Counted from the stretch's first letter, positions 38,403-48,494 are shown. The stretch: 64,000 bases of DNA from Desulfobacula sp. (GCA_023701135.1 JAMPXP010000018.1:42286-106285), one strand, 5' to 3'. Program-made: numbers and translations. Notes: generated from the sequence alone by a model not told the origin.

Positions 38403-40475
38403 CTAAACGATTGCCGGAAACCGGATAATAAATGTAGCCCCCTTGCCGTATTCACTTTCTATTTCAATGGTTCCGCCATAGTCCTTGATGATACCGAAAC
38501 TGATACTGGTGCCGAGGCCTGTCCCTTTCCCGGTTTCCTTGGTGGTAAAAAAAGGCTCGAAAATCTTTCGTTTGACTTCCTCGTCCATGCCAAGGCCTGT
38601 GTCCGATACTTCAACAACCACCTGATTCTCTTTGGCATAGGTTTTTATACCGAGCATTTTTTCAGCCTTAACACCTTCTTTTTCAGCCTTGTCGGCGTTT
38701 TCATCCATGGAATCGATGGCATTGGTGACAAGGTTGATGAATACCTGTTCCAGTCGGTTGTGTTCGGCCCGGATTTCAGGAAGTTCCGGATCAAGCTCCA
38801 GTTTGACCTGAATGGAATGGACACTGATCTGGTGGCCCAGCACCTTGAAAACGTCCTTAATGGGATCATTGACAATCAATTTTTTCAGATCTCTCTCCGA
38901 CTGCCTTGAAAAGTCCCTGACATGCTTGATGACACCGGCAGCCCTGGTGACATTATCAATAATATCCTTGGCCATCATCACCAGTTCATCGTTTGGAATC
39001 GACATCCCCTTATTGATCATCTTTAAAATCAGGTCTGCACAGATCTGGATGACATTCAAGGGCTGGTTGATTTCATGGGCCATGCCCGCGGCCATGGTGC
39101 CGAGGGTCGCCAGTTTTCCGGCCTGAATCAACTGGGTGTCCTTTTCCACGCTCTCGGTGATATCCGTAGCCGATGCAATCAGGACATCCCGGTGAATATA
39201 GGTGGCATGGACGACCTTGACATTGACGAAAAAAGAAGTCTTGTTTTTCTTGAAATGTTTTTTCTTGGTAAAAAGAATGGCCCCGTTTTTAGGAAGCCCT
39301 TCCAGACTTTGCCGAACGGTTTCATCGGATTTTTCCCAGATATCAAAAAAGGACCTGCCCAGAAGATCTGTTTTGGCATATCCATATTCGTTTTCCACCC
39401 TGTGATTCACGTCCAGAATTTCAAAGGTCTCACGGTCAACAATAAAAATCGGATTGGGGTTGTTGTTAAACAGGGACCTGTATTTTTCCTCTGATTTTTT
39501 ATATTTTTCATAAAGGGTGGAAAGCTCCTTGTCCTGAAGTTCCAGTTCCTCCTTTGCTCTTTTGTCTTCAGTCAGATCCCTCAGGGTTTCAATGGCGCCG
39601 ATGATTTTGCCGTCCGGCGATTTGATGGGAGCCGCCGTAAAAAATATCCATTTTCCGCCCTCCCCTAAATGGGGAAAAAATTCTTCCGCTTCATAGGCTT
39701 CTTTGATCAGGGCAGACTTTCTCCATGACGTACCATAATATTTTGACACCTCTTCTTCCGACATTCCGCCCACAATGACATCGGCCATGGTGGGCCTCTT
39801 AGCCGACCGGAAGGGCACCCATTGCCGGTCCGTTCCCACCAGCTCATAGGCCTTTTGTCCGGTTAGTTCCTCACAGGCCCTGTTCCAATGGGTAATAATA
39901 TGCTCGTTATTGATGATAAAGGTAGGGATCATGCTGCCCTGAATGACCTGGAAAAGCTCTTTTTCAATTTCAATCAGATCCTCTCTTTCCGACTCAAGAA
40001 ACCGGCTTTCCTCATCCGCATTCCTCCGGATTCTTCCTGAATACATGTCAAAGAGTTCCATGATTTCGTTTCTGTCAATTTCCGAAGCCTGGAGTTTTCT
40101 TTTTATCTTGATTTTTTCTTCTTCAGCTTCCAGAAAATTTAAAAACGACATGGCCCTGTGGGCGCCAAGATCAATGATGCTGACCCGTTCGGTATTTATT
40201 TTTTCCAGGATACAGCTCAAAATCGCGTCGTTTTTCAGTTTCAAAATGACGTCAATACCAAAGAGCTTACAGATATCATTATAATCCGCCGTCACCCGGA
40301 TTCCCTTTTCCTTTGCATAAAGGATACCTTCCGAATGGGTCAGGTTATCAGCAACCATCACCACTTCAGGCGCAAGTTCCTTTAAACCGGGGCCCGTCAA
40401 TATTTCAAGAATCCTTTTACAGGGATTGTTCCCTCCGATAACGGCTATCTTTAGTCCTTTAAGGTTGATATTCAT
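38403..40475 (-). CDS. Cytoplasmic PAS-domain histidine kinase with Rossmann-like N-terminus
   Basis: N-terminal KIAVIGG; two PAS regions; MAHEINQPL, NLVTNAID, DTGLGM, GKGTGLG. Confidence 0.9.
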   Translation of the reverse strand: MNINLKGLKIAVIGGNNPCKRILEILTGPGLKELAPEVVMVADNLTHSEGILYAKEKGIRVTADYNDICKLFGIDVILKLKNDAILSCILEKINTERVSIIDLGAHRAMSFLNFLEAEEEKIKIKRKLQASEIDRNEIMELFDMYSGRIRRNADEESRFLESEREDLIEIEKELFQVIQGSMIPTFIINNEHIITHWNRACEELTGQKAYELVGTDRQWVPFRSAKRPTMADVIVGGMSEEEVSKYYGTSWRKSALIKEAYEAEEFFPHLGEGGKWIFFTAAPIKSPDGKIIGAIETLRDLTEDKRAKEELELQDKELSTLYEKYKKSEEKYRSLFNNNPNPIFIVDRETFEILDVNHRVENEYGYAKTDLLGRSFFDIWEKSDETVRQSLEGLPKNGAILFTKKKHFKKNKTSFFVNVKVVHATYIHRDVLIASATDITESVEKDTQLIQAGKLATLGTMAAGMAHEINQPLNVIQICADLILKMINKGMSIPNDELVMMAKDIIDNVTRAAGVIKHVRDFSRQSERDLKKLIVNDPIKDVFKVLGHQISVHSIQVKLELDPELPEIRAEHNRLEQVFINLVTNAIDSMDENADKAEKEGVKAEKMLGIKTYAKENQVVVEVSDTGLGMDEEVKRKIFEPFFTTKETGKGTGLGTSISFGIIKDYGGTIEIESEYGKGATFIIRFPAIV

Positions 40476-40529
40476 TGGTTTGCCGGCTCCTTTTCAATGC
40501 CTTTGCACATCTTTGATATCCCGAATATA

Positions 40530-42050
40530 TTAAAAGAAGATAAAGGTTACAACCACAAAGGTCGGTATTAAAAAAACCAGGGAATATTTCAGAATATAGC
40601 CGAAAAAGCTTGGCATGGGTGTCCCTGCTTCACTGGCAATGGACCGAACCATAAAATTGGGAGCATTGCCGATATAGCTGCACGCACCAAAGAATACGGA
40701 CCCGCATGAGATCGCCTGGAGATAGACTGCATTTTCCGTCATGAGCAGAGGAACGGATGCAGATTCCGGCATACCGCCATAAAAACTCCCAAGGGCTGTA
40801 TTAAAAAATGTCAGGTACGTCGGGGCATTGTCCAGAAAAGAGGACAACATCCCGGACACCCAGAAATAATGGACCGGTTTCTGGACGGCATTGATGAGAA
40901 ACGCAAACTCACCTTTTGGCCCTGCTTTCAGCAAGAGGAGGCAGGGGATCATGGTAATGAAGATGCCGATAAACAGATAAGCGACTTCAATAATGGGAGC
41001 CCATGAAAATTGATTTTCTTCCCTGATTTCCCTGGGGGTAGCCAGAAGTGATCCGATTCCCATGGCGATCAAAAGCCCGTCCCTCAGCCAGTCCTGTACC
41101 GCCCGGTGAATGCCCAGGGTGGATACCTCGCCCAGATCCAGGATACCGCTCATCAATACCGAACCCACAATCCCCAGAAGAAAAATAAAATTATAGATCC
41201 CCACCAGGCGCAGCGGTTTCTTTTCTCCTTCATCCGGGACCGATGCCTTTTCCTTTTTATAATAATAGGTATCAAGAATAAAATAGATCACCAGGAGAAT
41301 ACCGACGCATAAAAGCATATGGGGTAAGATGTTAAAGGTCCAGAAAAAGCTGACCCCGTGCAGGAATCCTAAAAACAGGGGGGGGTCTCCCAGGGGGGTC
41401 AGGGCGCCGCCGATATTGGCCACAAGAAAGATAAAAAACACCACCATAAAGGTTTTGTTTTTCCGGTAATCATTGGCCCTTAATAAAGGCCGGATCATGA
41501 GCATGGCTGCTCCCGTGGTCCCCATCCATGACGCGAGAAGGGTTCCGATGAGAATAATTCCCGTGTTCACCAGGGGGGTCCCCCGCAGGGTCCCTTTCAG
41601 CAGAATGCCGCCCGACACCGTAAACAATGCCCATAGCAGAATAATAAAGGGAACATAATCAGCCAGAATAATGTGAAGGATTTCATAGATGGCCGTCCCT
41701 CTATAGGCATAGATGAACGGAACCGCCATGGAAGCGGCCCAGAAGGCCGAAATCTTGCCGAAATGGTGATGCCAGATATTGGCGGCGACAAGGGGCAACA
41801 AGGCAATGGACAACAGCATACATGCAAAGGGGATGCAACTGAGGAGGGGCAGCACTTCCCCAAGATTCACATGGCTGCCGGCAGGTTCATGGGCCTGTTC
41901 CTGAACATGCGGCGGGCCGGTTTCCGCCCCCCCTGAAATTCCACCGCCGCCGTGGGCTTTTTCTCCGCCGGGATCTTGTGCAGATGCAGGAGTTAACGAT
42001 AAAAGAAAAATTAAGAAGAGACTTAAAAACGCCAACCTGTCAAATTTCAT
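40530..42050 (-). CDS. Ion-transporter-superfamily (NhaD/CitMHS-like) putative Na+/H+ antiporter
   Basis: GTTGAAML, ANIGGALTPLGDPPL, SSFLDNAPTY, YIGNAPNFMV. Confidence 0.8.
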   Translation of the reverse strand: MKFDRLAFLSLFLIFLLSLTPASAQDPGGEKAHGGGGISGGAETGPPHVQEQAHEPAGSHVNLGEVLPLLSCIPFACMLLSIALLPLVAANIWHHHFGKISAFWAASMAVPFIYAYRGTAIYEILHIILADYVPFIILLWALFTVSGGILLKGTLRGTPLVNTGIILIGTLLASWMGTTGAAMLMIRPLLRANDYRKNKTFMVVFFIFLVANIGGALTPLGDPPLFLGFLHGVSFFWTFNILPHMLLCVGILLVIYFILDTYYYKKEKASVPDEGEKKPLRLVGIYNFIFLLGIVGSVLMSGILDLGEVSTLGIHRAVQDWLRDGLLIAMGIGSLLATPREIREENQFSWAPIIEVAYLFIGIFITMIPCLLLLKAGPKGEFAFLINAVQKPVHYFWVSGMLSSFLDNAPTYLTFFNTALGSFYGGMPESASVPLLMTENAVYLQAISCGSVFFGACSYIGNAPNFMVRSIASEAGTPMPSFFGYILKYSLVFLIPTFVVVTFIFF

Positions 42051-42231
42051 CGATCCGTTCCCTCCTGGTTAACTGGGTGTAACGTAACCTTTGAATGTTT
42101 GTTTGGTCAATCTCAGGATAATGGTGACCCTTTCTCTGCAATAATGACAATGGAGTAGTACAACCGCTTAAACCGAAATATACCCTCTGACTATTTGATT
42201 TGCCTCAGAAAGTCAAGGCGAAAACAGAATA

Positions 42232-42573
42232 TTGATCCCGGACCAGGGCCCACAGAAAGACATTGCAGACCAGCGCCGAAGGATTGTTCCCCTGGCCAGG
42301 GGGAGGGTTTTGGAAATGGGTATGGGCTTGAATCTCCCGTTTTATAATCCCGACCGGATCGAATTCGTCTGGGGCCTGGACCCTTCCGTCATCCGGTGGC
42401 AAGACAGCCTGAATCCTTTGTGGATGAAGGTCAGCGGCGGCTGCCATCTCAACCGCTCCATATCAGGGCTGATCCAGAACAGCGGCTTTCACATCAACCA
42501 TATGGACAGCCGGTATATGAGCCCCATCAGACTGATCAGCTATAATTATCTGGGATCGGCCAGTCCCGTATAA
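42232..42573 (+). pseudogene. Class I SAM-dependent methyltransferase remnant with internal deletion
   Basis: ARGRVLEMGMGLNLPFY...GLDPS is joined directly to VIRWQDSLNPLW...GGCHLNR. The central core is missing, the glycine motif is shortened, and there is no good start or RBS. Confidence 0.7.
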
Positions 42574-42756
42574 TCCAATCTCTCTTTGCTGCCAAATTTT
42601 TTGTTTGGTAAAAATTCATCAGCCAAGGAACCCTTTATAAAATCGGTAAAAATGTTGCGTTCCCAACCGTCGAAGGGCTGCAAAGCGCTTTGACGGCCTC
42701 TGCCTTACACACCATAGATAATTTATTGCGATTGTCCTGAGTATAAAAATTTTCAT

Positions 42757-42784
42757 ATCGTTATATCTTAATTGACATAACGAT
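42757..42784. promoter_or_regulatory. ModE-type operator (orphan)
   Basis: ATCGTTATATC-TTAATT-GACATAACGAT: an 11-6-11 palindrome matching the ModE consensus ATCGNTATATA-N6-TATATANCGAT; overlaps TTGACA at 42772. Confidence 0.75.
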
Positions 42785-43074
42785 AATAATACTATAATGA
42801 AACAGACTATCGAATTCCGGTTTTTGATGGCTGGTATTGAATTTTTTAAAATCGGGGGACAAAAAGCAGACGCCTATTATATAACCAAATCACTATCATG
42901 AAAATATGATTATTAGGGAAGATAGCACGAGAACCCCTGGGGGAGGGAAGCATATTCTCATTTTAAATAGTAAGCGACAAATACCCCAATTATTGAACCG
43001 ATGTTTAACAAAGGGTTTCTCTGCACAAGCCTCCTGAGTGCAGTGAGGCTCAGATTTTCAGCAAATGCTTTTGT

Positions 43075-44226
43075 CTATGGAATTACCCCCATTCCCTTTA
43101 GCACCGAGAGCATAATTGCTGCAGCCATGACAGACCCGGCTTGGCCGCCCGTATTAGCGCCGACAGCATGCATGAGCAGAAAGTTTTGCTTGTTGTATTT
43201 CTGTCCTTCGCGCTGAACCACCCTTGCCGCCATGGGATAAGCAGAAATTCCGGCTGCGCCTATCAGCGGATTGATCTTTCCACCGGTCATCACATTCATG
43301 AGTTTGGCAAAAAGAACCCCGCACACTGTATCCAGGCAAATCGCCAGAAAACCAAATCCCAGGATCATCAAGGTCTGGGCTGTTAGAAATTTCTGCCCAT
43401 CCATGGTGGCGCCGATGGAGATACCTAAGAAAAGGGTGACAACATTGGCAATCTCATTTTCAGATGCCTTAGTCAGTCGACTGACAACACCCGACTCTCT
43501 CATAAGGTTACCCAGCATGATGGTTGCAAGAAGTGGCAGCCCTTGTGGAGCGATCATTCCGCCAACAATAGTAATGACCAATGGAAAAGCGATGCGGGCA
43601 TTTTTCGAAACCGGCTTATAGCTTTGGTTGACAGCGTTCATGTTAATGTTGCGCTCTTTTTTTGTGGTCAACAGCCTCATGATGGGCGGCTGGATGACTG
43701 GTACCAGAGACATATAGGAATAGGCTGCCACAGACACTGCTCCCAACAGGTGGGGGGCGTACCTGGAGGTCACATAAATGGCTGTGGGACCATCACAGGC
43801 CCCGATTACACCAATGGCCACGGCGTCCAGTTGGGGAAAACCAAAGAACAGCGCAAGTCCAATGGTGAGAAAAATGCCGCATTGACCGGCTGCACCGAGC
43901 AGGAAAATTTTCGGGTTCTCAAGCAGGGGCCCGAAATCGGTCATGGCACCGATGCCGATGAAGATCAGCAACGGAAAAAGCTCGTTGGAAACACCCATGT
44001 TGTAAATGGTGCGTAAAAAGCCATCATCGCCCATTAATCCCGCAAGGGGGATGTTGACCAGAATGGCGCCGAATCCAATGGGCAACAGCAGCATCGGTTC
44101 CACATCCTTTTTGATTCCGAGATAGAGCAGAAAAAAACCCACCAAGATCATTACAGGATTGGACCAATGCATATGGACAAATCCGGCTCCCAACCCGCTC
44201 ATTCCGTTTATGACGGCTTCAAACAT
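43075..44226 (-). CDS. oadB: Na+-translocating decarboxylase beta subunit (OadB/GcdB/MmdB family)
   Basis: EPMLLLPIGFG, GAMTDFGP, IGACDGPTAIY, YSYMSLVP, GISAYPMAAR, GANTGGQ. Confidence 0.93.
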   Translation of the reverse strand: MFEAVINGMSGLGAGFVHMHWSNPVMILVGFFLLYLGIKKDVEPMLLLPIGFGAILVNIPLAGLMGDDGFLRTIYNMGVSNELFPLLIFIGIGAMTDFGPLLENPKIFLLGAAGQCGIFLTIGLALFFGFPQLDAVAIGVIGACDGPTAIYVTSRYAPHLLGAVSVAAYSYMSLVPVIQPPIMRLLTTKKERNINMNAVNQSYKPVSKNARIAFPLVITIVGGMIAPQGLPLLATIMLGNLMRESGVVSRLTKASENEIANVVTLFLGISIGATMDGQKFLTAQTLMILGFGFLAICLDTVCGVLFAKLMNVMTGGKINPLIGAAGISAYPMAARVVQREGQKYNKQNFLLMHAVGANTGGQAGSVMAAAIMLSVLKGMGVIP

Positions 44227-44274
44227 TGTTTTATTTCCTTATTCATAGAAATGGTTTGTTTTAAATTCCCTGTT

Positions 44275-44403
44275 TTATTTTTCTTCCTTAACAGGGAAAA
44301 TTCTTTTTAAAACCCCCATCAGGAATGCGAAAAAGCCCAAGGTGACCATGGTTCCGCCCATGCCCACGATGATCATTGTCCACCCAAATGTCCAGTTATC
44401 CAT
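44275..44403 (-). CDS. Unannotated 42-aa OadG-like (gamma/delta) membrane subunit
   Basis: Hand-translated MDNWTFGWTMIIVGMGGTMVTLGFFAFLMGVLKRIFPVKEEK; AAGGAGG RBS; directly upstream of oadB. Confidence 0.75.
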   Translation of the reverse strand: MDNWTFGWTMIIVGMGGTMVTLGFFAFLMGVLKRIFPVKEEK

Positions 44404-44501
44404 TTGCCCTCCTTGCGGAATATTCAACCAATCCTGTTGAATCAAATATTAATTGATCTGTTTTCATTTTTCAAATTGCAAATTTCTCATGAGAGAAAGT
44501 T

Positions 44502-45806
44502 TTATCCCGGCATTAAAACCGACGGTAGCCAAGTGGCGATTTGAGGAAACACAAATACCATTACACCACCAAGTAACAGGGCGAGAAGGAATGGATATAC
44601 GCCAGCGTAAATGGTACCAAATTGTTCCTTTGTTATCTGTTTTACAACAAAAACGCAAATGGCCATGGGAGGAATAACAACTCCCATCATAACGGTAATA
44701 GAAATTAAAATACCAAACCACAACGGATTATAGCCGAGTTTAATAATTGCCGGATAAAAAATCGGTGTGGCAAGAATCATGAAGGCCAGATCGTCAATGA
44801 AGGAGCCACCGATAAGATAAATCAAAGCAATTAAAACTATAATTAATGATGGAGGCAAGGTCAAACTGATAAGCCAGTCCGCCGTAATCATCGGAATCTT
44901 TGTAACCGCAATAAAATGACCCAGAACCGTTGAGCCGGCAATGAGCATCATGACCATGCAGGCAGTCCTGACAGATTCTGAAGTGGATTTAATATAGCCT
45001 TTTATTGTAATATCTCTCCGGGCTAAGCTCAGTATAAGAACCAGAAACGTGCCGATACTACCTGCCTCCGTAGGGGTAAAAAAACCGCCCAGAATTCCGC
45101 CGATAACCAGAGAAAAAATGGCGACAACAATCAGAACTTCCGGAATGGTTTTGATTCTTTCGCCCCAGGGATATTTTTCACTCTTGGGCCCAACGGAAGG
45201 GTTGATTTTACACCAGCCGTAGATGATGCCTACAAAAAAAGTGGCAATCATGAGCCCCGGAAAAATACCGGCAAGAAAAAGCCTTCCAATGGAAAGATCG
45301 GTAATAATGCCGTAAATAATAAGGGTAACGCTGGGGGGGAGCAGAATACCGAGGGTGCCTACGGTGGCGACGACTCCTGTGGAGAGTCGCCTGTCATATC
45401 CATATCGGTCCATCTCCGGCACAGCCACAAAGGCAAAGGTCGCTGATGTGGCTGCTGATGATCCGCAGATGGCTTTGAAAACGGTGGCCCCTAAAACTGT
45501 AGCCATTGCAAGACCACCCGGGATGTGGCCGATAAACCTGTGAGCTGCATCAAAGAGGCGCTTGGCAATGCCGGAGTTGAAAGAGATTTGACCCATTAAC
45601 ACAAAAAGAGGGATAACGGTAAATCCATATGAGTTCAGGACATCATAAAAGTCCTTGGCCAAAAGATTCATAGCCGCATGAAACGAAATCAAATACCCAA
45701 AGCCGAGAAACCCCATAATGATCATGGCAAAAGCAAGATCGATCCCGGTCAGGAAAACAAACAAGGTGATCGTTAATACCAATAGGCCTACCTGTACCTC
45801 ATTCAT
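44502..45806 (-). CDS. dctM: TRAP transporter large permease
   Basis: IPLFVLMG, CGSSAAT, GTLGILLPPSV, GFFTPTEAG. Confidence 0.93.
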   Translation of the reverse strand: MNEVQVGLLVLTITLFVFLTGIDLAFAMIIMGFLGFGYLISFHAAMNLLAKDFYDVLNSYGFTVIPLFVLMGQISFNSGIAKRLFDAAHRFIGHIPGGLAMATVLGATVFKAICGSSAATSATFAFVAVPEMDRYGYDRRLSTGVVATVGTLGILLPPSVTLIIYGIITDLSIGRLFLAGIFPGLMIATFFVGIIYGWCKINPSVGPKSEKYPWGERIKTIPEVLIVVAIFSLVIGGILGGFFTPTEAGSIGTFLVLILSLARRDITIKGYIKSTSESVRTACMVMMLIAGSTVLGHFIAVTKIPMITADWLISLTLPPSLIIVLIALIYLIGGSFIDDLAFMILATPIFYPAIIKLGYNPLWFGILISITVMMGVVIPPMAICVFVVKQITKEQFGTIYAGVYPFLLALLLGGVMVFVFPQIATWLPSVLMPG

Positions 45807-46281
45807 ATGTACCCCCAAACACTTTCACAATGTCGCCTATCATCACCAGGCACTGAACAAAACAGCAAAAGCACAATCCATAAGCAATCGGATAAAAAGG
45901 AATCTGGCGAGTCAGGGTCACTTCCCCTGATCTTAAAAGACTACTGGAAAAAAGAAAGAGGTTGTAGCTGATCAATGCAAAGATGGCGATGGTTGCCAAT
46001 CTGGTTGCGATATTGATAATATTCTGGCCTGTTTTCGGAAATTTTTCAACAAAATCATTAACAAAGATATGATTTCTGAAAACTGAAGTAATAGGCATTC
46101 CAAAACCAATGGCAATTGCACCACCCAATCCGACGATTTCAAAGGTTCCGACAATCGGCATTTTAAAATAGCGCAAAACCACGTCTGCAACCGTAAGCAG
46201 CATGATAAATGAAAGTGCGGTCCCGGCAACCACATTCATCAATTTGCTTAGTTTTTCAACGAATATAAGATATCTTCCCAT
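45799..46281 (-). CDS. dctQ: TRAP transporter small permease
   Basis: TVADVVLRYF, four TMs; start at ATG 46281 behind AGGAGG. Confidence 0.88.
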   Translation of the reverse strand: MGRYLIFVEKLSKLMNVVAGTALSFIMLLTVADVVLRYFKMPIVGTFEIVGLGGAIAIGFGMPITSVFRNHIFVNDFVEKFPKTGQNIINIATRLATIAIFALISYNLFLFSSSLLRSGEVTLTRQIPFYPIAYGLCFCCFVQCLVMIGDIVKVFGGTYE

Positions 46282-46380
46282 ACCCCTCCTAATATTAAAT
46301 ACAGATTTAGCACTCGTGACCGGCATCTTATAAGAAAGATCACCATTATATGGTTACATACCATTACAAGTTTCTGGGTC

Positions 46381-46422
46381 AAAATAAAAAGGAAGGGGTT
46401 TGTAAGCTATACCCCTTCCTTT
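46381..46422 (-). terminator. Intrinsic-terminator-like hairpin between dctP and dctQ
   Basis: Minus strand AAAGGAAGGGGT-11 nt-ACCCCTTCCTTT followed by TTATTTT. Confidence 0.7.
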
Positions 46423-46447
46423 GGGGGTTACTATTTTATTTCCAATA

Positions 46448-47467
46448 CTATTTTTTTAAAAAGTCCAGGCAGAATTTAAGGGCTTCGTCTCCTGGAAGGC
46501 CTTTGGCTTTTGCATTTGCCACATATTCATCCAGCATGGGTTTAACTTTTTCAGCCCATTTTGCATCTTCCTCAGGAGTAAGGTTGATAATTTTGTTCCC
46601 TTTGGCTTTTACAAATTCCATGCCTTCCGCATCAATTTCATCCCAGACCTTACCCTGCTTTTCAGCCCATTCCTGGTTCACTTCAGTAAAGACTGTCTGT
46701 ACTTCCGGGGGAAGGGAGGCCCATTTTTGCTTGTTCATGACAACAAATAAAGCAGTGGAATAGGCTGAAGCATAGTTTAAGGTCGAGGATGAAACAACTT
46801 CCCCCCATTTCCAGCCCTTCAAGGCTTCCATGGGCCCCACAGAACCCTCTACGACACCCGTACGAAGGGCCTCATAGGTTTCCGGCATGGTTGTACCAAC
46901 GGGTACGCCGCCCAATGCGGTAACGATCTTATTGGCAATACCCGATGCCCGGATCTTTTTTCCTTTAAAATCATCAAGTGTTGAAATCGGGGTTTTCGAA
47001 TGTATAAATCCTGGTCCATGGGCCGTAAGGTACATGACCTTCACTTCATCCAATTCTTTGGGTTGAAATTTGGCGTAGAGGGCATTGACCAATTCCGTTG
47101 CCTGGACACCATTCTTATAACCCAGCGGCAGGTCAATCACTTCAAGAAGAGGAAATTTCCCTCTTGAATAGGCAAAAACGCTGAACCCGATGTCGGCTAT
47201 CCCTGTAACCACGCTGTCATAGGTTTGGGCTGCCGGAGTTAATGTGCCTCCTGGAAAATAAGAAACCACAACCTTGCCGTTGGTCCTTTTTTCAATCTCT
47301 TTACACCAGCTCTCTGCAAGGATACTGTTTTTGTGCGCTGCCTGGAAAAAGTTAGAATAATTGAGTTTAATCGGCCCATCGGCTGCTGAAGAGGCAGCGG
47401 GAAATGAAACATGGAAAATAAAAACAAAAAGAATGGCTGAAGCTAACACTACTGAAAACTTTTTCAT
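46448..47467 (-). CDS. dctP: TRAP transporter substrate-binding protein
   Basis: Signal peptide; EIEKRTNGKV, DDFKGKKIRA, YEALRTGVVEG. Confidence 0.92.
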   Translation of the reverse strand: MKKFSVVLASAILFVFIFHVSFPAASSAADGPIKLNYSNFFQAAHKNSILAESWCKEIEKRTNGKVVVSYFPGGTLTPAAQTYDSVVTGIADIGFSVFAYSRGKFPLLEVIDLPLGYKNGVQATELVNALYAKFQPKELDEVKVMYLTAHGPGFIHSKTPISTLDDFKGKKIRASGIANKIVTALGGVPVGTTMPETYEALRTGVVEGSVGPMEALKGWKWGEVVSSSTLNYASAYSTALFVVMNKQKWASLPPEVQTVFTEVNQEWAEKQGKVWDEIDAEGMEFVKAKGNKIINLTPEEDAKWAEKVKPMLDEYVANAKAKGLPGDEALKFCLDFLKK

Positions 47468-47897
47468 TAAAATTTCCTCCTGAGGTTAAAGATTAATATC
47501 ACTTTGACTTAGACATATATCTCCATCCTTGCTCTTAGGAGATAAATGGTATGAAGACACAGGCAGAAAAAAAACAATTCTGCCATAATAACCAGAAGAA
47601 ATACTGAAGTTGACAAGTACGGATACATTTTATCCCTATCCTGATATTGTCTCAGGCTGCGTTTTTTTTAAACACATATCCTGGCGAAGCTTGAAATTTA
47701 TAATCCGGGGGGTTCTATCTCAGTTTTCAGATGTGGTCAAACGTTCACTTATGATTTTTTTGATAGTATTTACATAAAATATTCAGTTGCAAATACCAAG
47801 GACATGTAAAACAATAGCTTCAATGTGAGGGGAAAAATCGTCTAAGGGGTGTTTCCCTTCATTTTTCATGAACTGCTCCCCAATAAACGTTCCGGGG

Positions 47898-48494
47898 TTA
47901 AATAAAAATTGCTCCACGAAATACTTTCCACAATGACTCATATCTGCCAACCAGATCAAAACTGTAGTCGCTTAGCGCCCACATATTGACCAAGCCTTGA
48001 ATCATTCCGAATAATCCGATGGAAGCAGCTTCCAGATTGATGTCTTTTCTAATTAATCCTGCTTCAATACCTTTTGAAAGAAGGATTTTAAGTTGGTCTA
48101 TATAGTTATTAATGCCTTCTGTCACCTGCATATTAATTTTTTTATCTCCAAAGCTGATGATCTCTGCTATAACCTGAAATGAAATTCCTTTTCTCTGTTC
48201 AATGGAAGAAAGATGCATTTTTAAAACAAAATCTATGAAATCGCCTCCTTCAAAAACATTGTTGTCGACGGCATCGATATCTTTGATTAAACCTTTTATA
48301 ATATCTCTGGCCAAAAATTCAAGAACCTCTCCTTTGCCTTTAAAATGTCTATAAATTGCAGCCTCCGATAGGTTAACTTCCTTTGCAATATTTCTGATGC
48401 TGACATGCTCACTTCCATGTTTGATAATTAACTTCCTAACAGCGCTGACAATTTCTTTTTTCCGAACATCTGTGCTTTTATGTATTCGAATCAT
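47898..48494 (-). CDS. TetR/AcrR family transcriptional regulator
   Basis: N-terminal HTH: SIRNIAKEVNLSEAAIYRHFKGK. Confidence 0.92.
   Translation of the reverse strand: MIRIHKSTDVRKKEIVSAVRKLIIKHGSEHVSIRNIAKEVNLSEAAIYRHFKGKGEVLEFLARDIIKGLIKDIDAVDNNVFEGGDFIDFVLKMHLSSIEQRKGISFQVIAEIISFGDKKINMQVTEGINNYIDQLKILLSKGIEAGLIRKDINLEAASIGLFGMIQGLVNMWALSDYSFDLVGRYESLWKVFRGAIFI

Noticed and set aside
44464-44721. 85-aa minus-strand ORF between dctM and the oadG-like gene as a possible biotin carrier
   Set aside because: Overlaps the dctM 3' end out of frame and lacks the biotinylation motif (EAMKM).
47731-47752. Half-palindrome GTCAAACGTTCACTT as a TetR operator
   Set aside because: Symmetry is too weak and no second copy was found by eye.
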